From the NCBI GenBank assembly GCA_963699585.1, contig CAVOUK010000002.1, forward strand, positions 264,811 to 328,810: a stretch of DNA of 64,000 nt, read 5' to 3'. The notes beneath the pieces are model-generated. The model was given only the letters and a program-made list of their open reading frames with translations. It did no database searches and was not told the DNA's origin. This document shows, one piece after another, positions 1-7,915 of the stretch (the stretch's first letter is position 1; each line of letters begins with the position of its first letter). Position numbers and translations under genes: made by a program. Source of the DNA: Thermodesulfovibrionia bacterium. GTDB lineage: Bacteria > Nitrospirota > Thermodesulfovibrionia > UBA6902.

Positions 1-177
1 GATGTCTTCAATGTCATCAGCCTGAAAAAGTATCCGTATATCGCAAACAGCGATTTCCACAAGCCGAGACATCTTTATTCCTGGAAGACGCTTCTGAATT
101 GTGAAAAGGATACAAATTCCATAAAGCAGTGCATAAAACATAACAAAGGTGTCGCATTGACACTCTTCAGAAATTAG
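1..177 (+). CDS. 3' end of a PHP-domain-like metal-dependent phosphoesterase gene (partial)
   Basis: Frame 1 is open from the window edge to TAG 175-177. The tail ...YIANSDFHKPRHLYSWKTLL... resembles the C-terminal His motif region of PHP-family proteins. Confidence 0.4.
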   Translation, partial: DVFNVISLKKYPYIANSDFHKPRHLYSWKTLLNCEKDTNSIKQCIKHNKGVALTLFRN

Positions 178-186
178 GAGGTCAAC

Positions 187-1379
187 ATGATTTTATTTTG
201 GATATTTGCAGGTATTACCTGTTAGGAATAATCGGATATCTGCTTCAAATAATTGCTGTGCGGTCATATACAGCCCCCCAACTCCGGGGAAGGCATACGC
301 CTTCCCCGATCTTTTTCGCCTGTTTCAATCCTTAAACCTCTCAAAGGTCTTGATGACGGTCTGTTCGACAATCTCGAAAGCTTCTGCAATCTCGATTATC
401 CTCAATACGAGATTATCTTTGCGCTTCAGAACCAGAATGATCCGGCCTATAAGGTGGTAAAAAAGATAAAAGAGAAATATCCTTCACATGACATAACAAT
501 TGTCGTTGAATATTGTGATGAGGGACTGAACCCCAAGGTCAACAATCTGATCCCTGCATACAAAAGGGCCAAATATGATCTTATATTGATCAGCGACAGT
601 AATGTCCGTGTGGAAAAAAATTATCTGACTGACATTTCACGGCACATGGATGATCGCACTGTGGGACTTGTCAGCAATATGATCAGGGGCGTAAGCGGTC
701 GGTCCCTCGGCGCGGTTATGGAAAATCTCCATCTGAACTCCTTTATCGTGGGAAGCGTCTGCCTTCTGGATAAGTATCTTAAGATGCCTTGTGTAGTGGG
801 CAAGTCAATGCTGATGAGAAAAAGCGATCTTGACGCTATAGGGGGTCTCATTGCTGTAAAGGATTTTCTTGCCGAAGACTACATCATCGGCGAAAGAATT
901 CACCGGCTCGGCAAGAGAGTGGTCCTTTCAAGCCATCTTATCAATAACGTCAATGAATACTGGAATCGGAAAAATTTCTAAACCGGCATACAAGATGGGG
1001 GAAGCTGAGATGGAAGATCGGCGGCGCAAAGTATGTATCTGAACTATTCGGCAATGCCGTATTTATGTCCTTCGTACCACTCTTTATACTGCCGTTTTCA
1101 AAAATGTGTTTATTTGGCTGCGACTGTAAGCTCCCTGAAAATAGTCGATGATTTCTACATGGGTAAAATGATGAAAGCTGATATGCATCCTGCCTGTATT
1201 TGCTTGTTCCGCTGAAGGACCTTATTATCGGCTTTGTATGGTTTGTGCCGATCCTCAGCGATACCGTCTCATGGAGAGGCAACAGATATATTATCGGCAA
1301 AGATTCATTGCTCTCACCATATCCTGAGACAGGTCTGCGGCTGTGGAAGCCTGGGGATCGTAACAGCTATCAGGACTAA
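187..1379 (+). pseudogene. GT2 glycosyltransferase, ceramide-glucosyltransferase/HpnI-like, reading frame broken about 5 times
   Basis: AGGAGG sits 5 nt before ATG 187 (MILFWIFAGI, a TM helix). The core ORF 253-981 has PVSILKPLKGLD...QYEIIFALQ...SDSNV GT2 motifs. The continuation RHTRWGKLRW... and the C-terminus PLKDLIIGFVWFVPILSDTVSWRGNRYIIG lie in other frames. Frame changes are near 220, 275, 960, 1110 and 1197. Confidence 0.6.
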
Positions 1380-1435
1380 ATTGGCGTGGTCAAAATCATT
1401 ATGAAGGAGGACTGCAATGTATCCTTTACAACCAT

Positions 1436-1618
1436 GTGACACAAATAAGTTTATCCAATAATTATCATTGTCCTTTTATAGATGAGGGGAAAAATATTTG
1501 TTCGGCCTCATTGTCATCCATTATTGTCGGATCGCAAATCAGACGTACGCTCTGCTCCAGTGAGAATTATGACAATTGCCCGATTTTTCTGGCAAAGATA
1601 CTGAGAAGGGCAGGATAA
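1436..1618 (+). CDS. small 4-Cys protein, paralog of 2532-2738
   Basis: 60 aa with pattern C-x9-C-x17-C-x7-C (HCPFIDEGKNIC...LCSSENYDNCPIF). AAGGAGG at 1404-1410 precedes an out-of-frame ATG at 1417, so the true 5' end may be frameshifted. Confidence 0.5.
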   Translation: MTQISLSNNYHCPFIDEGKNICSASLSSIIVGSQIRRTLCSSENYDNCPIFLAKILRRAG

Positions 1619-1803
1619 GGTATATTCCCTGAAGTACATAGAAAATTAACGTTACGGATAATTCACCGGACTTTCATGATACTTTAACCATCCTGTATGT
1701 ATCATATTTTGTAATAGGCAAAAATTGCTATTGATTAGGGTGGCACATCATGAAATCTGATCAACATAAACATTCTCAATCCTCAATATAAAAGGAGTTT
1801 CAT

Positions 1804-2382
1804 ATGACCAATGAGCATGACATAGGCAAGACAGGCATTTCGGTAAGAGAAGGGGTAGTAAGTAGTTTAAAGGGCATTAATGTAATTGAGGCAGAAATAG
1901 TCAATCTTGTGAAGGACACGGTTTCCAGCACTCTTAAGGCGACAAACTCTGTGGCGAATGAAACCGTTAATGTTACAAAGGATGTTTTAAGGGGAGCCAT
2001 CCAGGCAACTGAAGAGGTAGGAACAGGCCTGATGACGAGCACAAAATACGTGGCGAAAGGGGTTATTCTTGGAGTCAATGAAGTCGGCGGAGATGTAATC
2101 ACAGCAGCCGTTCAGATTGCAAAGACCGCTGTACATGGTGCTTCAGAGGTTGGAGCCGATATTGCACTCGTGGCGAGGAGGGCTGCCGAGGGAGTAATAG
2201 AGGCAACCAGAGAGATAGGCGGCAATGCGGAAGAAACGGCAAAAGCGACGGTAACCGGTGCGATTGAGGCAGCTGGCGCCATCAGCAATACGGCTGTGAA
2301 AACCGTAAAAGAGATGCTCATAGGAGTGGCCGAAGGAGTTAAGGAAGTTGCAGGGACTGCCCTGCCGAAGTCAGGCGGTTAA
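1804..2382 (+). CDS. 22-residue-repeat protein (Ala/Gly/Val/Thr-rich, about 8 repeats), copy A
   Basis: AAAGGAG RBS. 192 aa. Repeats register as TKDVLRGAIQATEEVGTGLMTS / TKYVAKGVILGVNEVGGDVITA / AVQIAKTAVHGASEVGADIALV / ARRAAEGVIEATREIGGNAEET and so on. No signal peptide or TM segment. Clearly paralogous to 14049-14726. Confidence 0.8.
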   Translation: MTNEHDIGKTGISVREGVVSSLKGINVIEAEIVNLVKDTVSSTLKATNSVANETVNVTKDVLRGAIQATEEVGTGLMTSTKYVAKGVILGVNEVGGDVITAAVQIAKTAVHGASEVGADIALVARRAAEGVIEATREIGGNAEETAKATVTGAIEAAGAISNTAVKTVKEMLIGVAEGVKEVAGTALPKSGG

Positions 2383-2473
2383 CCCGGTAATGGTATCAGG
2401 CTATGCACCCGACAAGCTTCTTTTTATAATGCAATAATAGCGGTGCGTGCCTATGTTAAATTATCTTAACCGC

Positions 2474-2484
2474 CATGTAACGCT
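2474..2484 (+). promoter_or_regulatory. CATGTAACGCT motif upstream of the 4-Cys gene, shared with the 14805-14815 site
   Basis: The 11-mer is identical, on the coding strand, to the site upstream of the copy-B repeat-protein gene. A TATAAT-like box follows at about 2497. Confidence 0.25.
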
Positions 2485-2531
2485 CATTTAACAGTCATTC
2501 TTTTATAATATATGCTTAGGAGGTAATAGAA

Positions 2532-2738
2532 ATGAAAACAAGAGACTATAGCATTTGTCCGCATCTCAAAGGCAGCACCGAGGGGAGCATATGCGGGGTC
2601 GTTAACAGTCTTATCAAGGATATGGAAGGCTTTACGGTCAAACTGTGCATGAGCAGGCGCCATGAGGCGTGTTCCATGTATAAACGGTCCTTACAGAACA
2701 TGATTGAGTGCGGCTGTTATTCGATCAGCATGCAGTAG
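2532..2738 (+). CDS. small 4-Cys protein, paralog of 1436-1618
   Basis: TAGGAGG RBS. C-x11-C-x17-C-x7-C ([14 protein letters not shown]...[13 protein letters not shown]), the same C-x17-C-x7-C spacing as the other copy. Confidence 0.6.
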   Translation: MKTRDYSICPHLKGSTEGSICGVVNSLIKDMEGFTVKLCMSRRHEACSMYKRSLQNMIECGCYSISMQ

Positions 2739-2747
2739 CCGGGAGAA

Positions 2748-3191
2748 TTGATTATGGAGAAGAAGAGAGTCCTTTTCGTATGTATCCATAACAGCGCGCG
2801 CAGCCAGATGGCTGAGGCATTGTTAAACACCCTGGGAGCTGACAGGTTCGAGGCTGAGAGCGCAGGGCTTGAACCTGGCGCACTGAATCCCCTTGCCGTG
2901 GAGGCAATGAAGGAAATCGGGCTTGATATATCGGCAAATCAAACCAAAGGAGTTTTTGACTTCGTAAAACAGGGAAAGTTGTTCAATTATGTCATCACCG
3001 TATGCGATGAAACAAGCGGCAGCAGATGCCCGGTTTTTCCCGGCTATACAAAGAGACTGCACTGGAGCTTTCCCGACCCTTCAGCGCTGAAAGGAACACA
3101 TGAAGAAAAACTGCAGGAGACAAGGAAGATACGGGATGCAATCAAGATAAAGATAGAAACATGGATCAAGGAAACCGGTGAATCAGCATAA
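2748..3191 (+). CDS. arsC: arsenate reductase, thioredoxin-coupled LMW-PTP family
   Basis: [17 protein letters not shown]-loop (CX5R) plus the downstream Cys pair [18 protein letters not shown]. Confidence 0.8.
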   Translation: MIMEKKRVLFVCIHNSARSQMAEALLNTLGADRFEAESAGLEPGALNPLAVEAMKEIGLDISANQTKGVFDFVKQGKLFNYVITVCDETSGSRCPVFPGYTKRLHWSFPDPSALKGTHEEKLQETRKIRDAIKIKIETWIKETGESA

Positions 3192-3299
3192 ATTGAATCC
3201 TGAGAGACTTGCCGTTATACCCCCAAGCAGCAGCAATGTTACAAAAAATTTAATATTCTGTTCATCATTGTTTAACATTAATGGCATATTATTAAGAAT

Positions 3300-3599
3300 A
3301 TGAAAACAGATACTGTTATGGCTGACAAAGCAAAAGTACAGTGTCCAGTCTGTTCTTCTGATGCATCATACAAATACGGCAGGATTAAGACAGGAAAGCA
3401 ACGTTACATGTGTCTTATGTGTAGCTCACAATTCACCCCCGACGGAAAGAAGTCGTTGGTTAAGGGAAAACCGGCATGTCCTGAATGCGGGAAACCGATG
3501 AATGTATATAAGCTGGAGGGCGACGTCATCAGGTTCAGATGTTCGGGATATCCGATATGCAAAACTTTTAAGAAATTTAAACTCAAGGAGGATGCATGA
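3300..3599 (+). CDS. double zinc-ribbon protein (IS1 InsA-like CxxC...CxxC followed by a topoisomerase-type C4 finger)
   Basis: CPVCSS...GKQRYMCLMCSSQF and CPECGKPMNVYKLEGDVIRFRCSGYPICKTF. The stop overlaps the next start (ATGA at 3596). Confidence 0.55.
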   Translation: MKTDTVMADKAKVQCPVCSSDASYKYGRIKTGKQRYMCLMCSSQFTPDGKKSLVKGKPACPECGKPMNVYKLEGDVIRFRCSGYPICKTFKKFKLKEDA

Positions 3600-3967
3600 G
3601 CTATTACTTGCATAATATTCCGGGAAGGCTCAGGGTAAAGAGCCCGCTTCTGAAAAGAAACGATGCTGCTGCAGACGAACTCAAGATGGCGCTCAGTGCG
3701 ATCCAGGGGATTGCCGCAGTTGACTTCAACCCGATGACAGGGAGTCTCCTGATCAACTATAACCACCGGACAACGAAACACGAGGATATAATCAGTCTGC
3801 TTGAGCGCAAAGGGTATTTTGACCGGAAGAAGGCTGTGTCGAACGATAGTTACTTTCATAATGCCGCAGAAAAGACAGGCCGTGTTATAGGTAAGGCAGC
3901 CCTTGGTATGGCTTTAGAAAAGGCATTTGAAGGCTCCGCGCTTTCACTCATCGGTCTGCTAATCTAA
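3596..3967 (+). CDS. HMA-like 'GRxRxK' small protein a, with hydrophobic C-terminus
   Basis: HNIPGRLRVKSPLLK...IQGIAAVDFNPMTGSLLINYN. There is no CxxC metal site. The C-terminus reads GKAALGMALEKAFEGSALSLIGLLI. Confidence 0.65.
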   Translation: MSYYLHNIPGRLRVKSPLLKRNDAAADELKMALSAIQGIAAVDFNPMTGSLLINYNHRTTKHEDIISLLERKGYFDRKKAVSNDSYFHNAAEKTGRVIGKAALGMALEKAFEGSALSLIGLLI

Positions 3968-4049
3968 TTTGCACTTAAGCTCCCCTGCCCTTCCATAAGG
4001 TGCAGATCTTCATTATATCCCCACATATTTCCTTTTAGAGATAATAAAG

Positions 4050-4922
4050 TCATACCTTATGTGAGAGTTTGGCGTTGAACTCCGATGCATCTTCGTATAA
4101 TTCAACGTAGACGTCTGAAAAACCGAACTGGTCTCTCAGACGTTGTTTCATCGTCCTGATCTTTTCCCTGCCGTATACAGAGCCGTTCGTCCTTATCCTG
4201 ACAGCCATGATTATCCGTTCGGGGGATAGTCCCCATATATGCAAATCCTTGATTGTTTGAATGTCATGAAAGTGACCATTCAGATAGCGTTTGACTTCAT
4301 CGATATCGACCGCTCCAGGATTCCCCTCCATGAGTATGTGAACGCTCTCTTTGATAAGAAAATAGGTCGGATAGGCAGCCAGCAATCCTATGATCACTCC
4401 TGCGAGTGGATCGATGAAGTAAAGGTGAGTATATCTTATCATGAGAGATGAAATTATGACGCCCACAGAGCCAAGGGTGTCATTCAGTATTAGGAGCCGT
4501 GCCCCCTTGATATTCATATCCCCGGCGTGCTTATGAAGCCGTATTAATCCGAAAGCATTCACCATGAGCCCTATCAGAGCGATGAACAGGACCTTATCAG
4601 CCTCAAGAGCTTCAGGATGTATTATCTTATGGTATGCATCAATCAGGACATAGAAAAGCAGGAATCCGACGAGCATCCCGTTGAACAGGCCCGACAGGAC
4701 TTTCGCACGCTCATAACCAAAGGTCTTATCCTTGCTCGGGAGCCTTTGCGCAAGCCTCCCCACGTACAAGGCAATGAACTGTCCGGAAATATTGATAGCC
4801 ATAAACGATGCGTCTGTAACAAGGGCAAGGCTGCGGTAATAAAACCCGCCGAGGAGTTCTACGAAGAAGTAAATGATGGTGAAAAAAAGGACTATCTTCT
4901 GGTCATTATTGCTCATGATCAA
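4050..4922 (-). CDS. cation diffusion facilitator (CDF) family transporter with non-canonical transport-site residues
   Basis: 290 aa with six TM segments, ...FGYERAKVL..., DTLGSVGVI, and a C-terminal LHIWGLSPE domain. TM2 and TM5 site residues read F..N / L..D instead of H..D / H..D. Confidence 0.8.
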   Translation of the reverse strand: MIMSNNDQKIVLFFTIIYFFVELLGGFYYRSLALVTDASFMAINISGQFIALYVGRLAQRLPSKDKTFGYERAKVLSGLFNGMLVGFLLFYVLIDAYHKIIHPEALEADKVLFIALIGLMVNAFGLIRLHKHAGDMNIKGARLLILNDTLGSVGVIISSLMIRYTHLYFIDPLAGVIIGLLAAYPTYFLIKESVHILMEGNPGAVDIDEVKRYLNGHFHDIQTIKDLHIWGLSPERIIMAVRIRTNGSVYGREKIRTMKQRLRDQFGFSDVYVELYEDASEFNAKLSHKV

Positions 4923-5099
4923 TTCCGGGTGATTCGCTACATTCGCGGACTCGATTCATCTTAACATATCAATTTCGCTGTTCCCACGTATTCCTTCATT
5001 ACTTGCCTATAAGGTAATGATTGGCATAGTTCGCCGGATGGTTGAAGATTATGAAGGCATAAAACAGCAGAGGACAGGGGCCTTTAAGGAGGGGGGAGC

Positions 5100-5862
5100 T
5101 TATTTCCTGAACGCGTATTTCGGATTGGACGGGTCAAAGTCGGTATCGGTGAGGCCGGCGTTCAGTTGCAGGGACTCATATCCATATCTCTCAATAAGTC
5201 TGTCACTCCAGTCGAAGAGACTCACTTTAACGGGCAAATCGGTTTCAATATCAATATTTAATATTGACCGGTAACAGTAATACCCTTTTGCCACGGACGA
5301 AGGGAAGATGAATTCCACCTTTCTGGTCTTGCGGCCATATACCATTTCCTCGCCCCTGTCGATGACATCAATCTCTTTGTTTTTCATCCCGGTCCTGATT
5401 TCCCGTCCGATGAGTTGAACGAGGTGTTCAATGCCGGCCTCTGTTATCGGATGACGGCTTCCCTTCATGATCAGGGGGCCTGCCGGATCGAGATCCAGGT
5501 TTATCAGATCCTGCAAGTCCGCACTCGCGCACCTTCACAAGATTGTTATTGCCGCCGTCAACATAAATGGCCTCTCTTCCGTAAGAGGGTTCTTTGATCC
5601 ATTTCATGTAAACCTTAAAAGGTTTCATAAATTTCAGATAGATCGTTTCTTCTTCGTTGAGAGCTTCTCCTATTCTCTCCTGCTTATGGAAAATGGCCGC
5701 GTAACTATTCACTGAGGACAACGTCTGTTCCGCCCGCATGGTCCATTCTTCCGGGCTGAAATTTTCCTGTCCAAACACCCTGGAGCAGGTAATCAACAGG
5801 AACGCAAGATGTATAGAGCATTCCGTAGGTATACGACGTCTGTGCAAATCCATTTTTTTCAT
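5100..5862 (-). CDS. DUF1571-like (LolA-fold) secreted protein, frameshifted near 5520
   Basis: GGAGGA RBS before ATG 5862 (MKKMDLHRRR... signal-like). YLKFMKPFKVYMKWIKEPSYGREAIYVDGGNNNLVKV lies in ORF 5428-5895. The continuation is in ORF 5100-5516. Confidence 0.6.
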
Positions 5863-5891
5863 GTCAGTCCTCCGCGATGAACAACTATTGT

Positions 5892-5960
5892 CCACAGATT
5901 ACGCAGATTAAATAAAACAATCTAAAAAATCTGTGTTCATCTGTGTAATCTGTGGATGAA
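5892..5960. repeat. CCACAGATTAC...AATCTGTGGATGAA inverted-repeat element, copy 1
   Basis: Arms are CCACAGATTACGCAGAT (5892-5908) and ATCTGTGTAATCTGTGG (5940-5956). The right end AATCTGTGGATGAA is identical to 57942-57955. Confidence 0.7.
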
Positions 5961-6089
5961 TTTATTTCAATTCTTCTCGGTGCATTACATAGAACATTAA
6001 TTTTACTATCGACAGCATTGCTTTATTATGAAGATTCAATGAAAAGATTGTTAAATTATTAGTGTGCTAATAGCTTGATTTCAGTATTT

Positions 6090-6146
6090 GTCATTTCCGC
6101 TTGTCGGGAATCCTTCTCCAGGAAGACTCCGGACAAGCCCTTTCAC
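6090..6146. repeat. REP/MITE-like palindromic element (GTCATTCC...CCGGACAAGCC family), degenerate copy
   Basis: GTCATTTCCGCTTGTCGGGAATCC...ACTCCGGACAAGCCC. GCTTGTCGGGA pairs with TCCGGACAAGC. Confidence 0.6.
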
Positions 6147-6239
6147 GCTTTAACCGAGATTTCATTTTGCTGTCATCAAAAGGTAACCATCTTTTTTATA
6201 TACTGGTCTTGCAGGTAAAAATTTTATCAGGAGGTTGTT

Positions 6240-6635
6240 ATGCAAGATATTATGAGACAAGGAGTAAAGAGTATGCTTTTTGAGAAAAGGAGGACCATAC
6301 TGCAAAGTGCAAAAGACGGTATGAAGACGATGATTTCGGGAGAAGTAAAAGCGATTCTCGGCCCCGGATTTGATCAGGGTGATATGTCGACGATTTATCA
6401 GATCGAGCATATGCAAAGCAAACAATTCGGCAAACAGATTGATCTCATCAGATCAATCGATATGGCATTGAAAAAGCTCAACGACGGTACGTATAACATT
6501 TGTGAAGAGTGTGATGATGAAATCGGAGAGGAACGGCTGAGGGCGGTTCCTTTTGCGCGCTACTGCAGGAACTGCCAGGAGAAATATGAGATACTGACAT
6601 GTATGGCATCGCCATCCAGGCGAGTCGAATTTTAA
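6240..6635 (+). CDS. DksA/TraR-family C4 zinc-finger protein
   Basis: AGGAGG RBS. C-terminal CEECDDEIGEERLRAVPFARYCRNCQ. Confidence 0.8.
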   Translation: MQDIMRQGVKSMLFEKRRTILQSAKDGMKTMISGEVKAILGPGFDQGDMSTIYQIEHMQSKQFGKQIDLIRSIDMALKKLNDGTYNICEECDDEIGEERLRAVPFARYCRNCQEKYEILTCMASPSRRVEF

Positions 6636-6650
6636 TTAATAGTGAGAAAC

Positions 6651-6709
6651 GAATAATGAACAATTAAGGAATCTACCATTAATTACTCATTATTAATTGT
6701 TAGTGAAGG
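6651..6709. repeat. AATAATGA / CTCATTATTAATTGTT inverted-repeat element, copy 1
   Basis: The 16-mer CTCATTATTAATTGTT at 6686-6701 is identical to 60855-60870. The partner arm is GAATAATGAACAATTAAGG at 6651-6669. Confidence 0.55.
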
Positions 6710-6891
6710 AAGGTGCGCTTTGGAGCAGCATAGCATGATGGAGCATCCAGCCTATGAACTTGTACGAAAGCAGAGGAAAGGCAGAAGGGCATGATTTTGT
6801 CGACTTGCTTGAAGAAATAAGGATTATATTCGAGCCGGGCGGCGGAGACGAAGAATAAGACTGGTAATCAGATCAGGATATACTAAATCAT

Positions 6892-7878
6892 TCACTGGTA
6901 TGAAAACACGTTCGTCAGATCTAATAAGTCATCAACAGTAGCAGGATATTCAGGATCGAAGGACGATATGCCAACACTCATAGACAATTTATAGTCAAGA
7001 CTGTTTTTTAAGTTGTAAGTTTCAAAGTTTTTTTGTAATCGAGCTGAAATTGTTTCAACGTAATCTTCGGAAGTTTCTATTGGAAATACTACGAACTCAT
7101 CCCCTCCTATGCGTGCAATAATATCGGACTCACGATAAGTATTTTTTAAAATTCTGGCAACCTCAATTAATGCCCGGTCTCCTTCTTTATGACCGTACTT
7201 ATCATTAATTTTCTTAAAATTATCTATGTCTGCATAAAGTAAAAAGAGTTTCTTGTTTTGACGTTTAGCAAGTTTTAATTGATGTTCCATCAAGTTGAAG
7301 AACCCTCTTCGGTTACACAAACCTGTGAGGTCATCGGCATATGACAGTCTAAGAAGCTCATTTTCCATATTCTTAAGATTACCGATCGCCTTGGAAATAA
7401 TGGTAACAGCTACTGTTTTGCCTTCCTTGTTTTTAACAGGGCTATATGTTTGAAGAAAATATTTACCATCCATGATACTTTTATATTCATACTGAGAAGA
7501 CTCTCCAGTTTCAAATACCCTGTCGACTTTCTCACTAAATAACTCTGATTCCAATTGAGAATGGAAATCGCTAAATGGGCGGCCTTCATATTGGACATTT
7601 GGTAGACCGATCCTTGATAAATGCTTTTTGTTTATAAAGAGATATTTGTAATTTCTATCTACTAAATATATAGAGTCATCTGTTGAATCAACTAAAGAAC
7701 GATATGTACTTTCAGTCTCCTTTCGCTCATAGATATTCTTTTCTAAACTTTTTGTATAAACTAATATGAAGCCAAGAATGATAGAGGTTATTAAGGCAGT
7801 AACCCCGCCTACAATTAAATGTTCATAATTAAAATACGGGATTTCAGGATGCAAGCCGGGCGCTTCAGCGAAAGCCAC
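6892..7878 (-). CDS. membrane-anchored PAS-GGDEF diguanylate cyclase
   Basis: N-terminal TM helix, a PAS-like segment, then ...DDLTGLCNRRGF... and RIGGDEFVVF. Confidence 0.85.
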   Translation of the reverse strand: MAFAEAPGLHPEIPYFNYEHLIVGGVTALITSIILGFILVYTKSLEKNIYERKETESTYRSLVDSTDDSIYLVDRNYKYLFINKKHLSRIGLPNVQYEGRPFSDFHSQLESELFSEKVDRVFETGESSQYEYKSIMDGKYFLQTYSPVKNKEGKTVAVTIISKAIGNLKNMENELLRLSYADDLTGLCNRRGFFNLMEHQLKLAKRQNKKLFLLYADIDNFKKINDKYGHKEGDRALIEVARILKNTYRESDIIARIGGDEFVVFPIETSEDYVETISARLQKNFETYNLKNSLDYKLSMSVGISSFDPEYPATVDDLLDLTNVFSYQ

Positions 7879-7915
7879 ATTCTCACGAGTGATGGGAGAT
7901 AGATCCCATTGTTTT

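Noticed and set aside
1800-2321. Antisense ORFs 1800-2102 and 2112-2321 inside repeat-protein gene A. Equivalent cases are 14059-14391 and 14202-14756 inside gene B.
   Set aside because: These are shadow ORFs of a low-complexity Ala/Gly/Val-rich coding region. They have no RBS and their composition mirrors the sense strand. The sense ORFs have strong SD sequences and a conserved paralog.
3300-3599. Possibility that the InsA-like zinc-ribbon gene marks an IS1-family insertion sequence.
   Set aside because: There is no InsB or DDE transposase ORF, no terminal inverted repeats and no target duplication nearby. The gene is translationally coupled to the HMA-like gene instead.
6754-6858. 34-codon ORF (MNLYESRGKAEGHDFVDLLEEIRIIFEPGGGDEE) in the dksA-GGDEF spacer.
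   Set aside because: It is too short, has no convincing RBS and matches no family I recognise. It could be a gene remnant, but I cannot support that.
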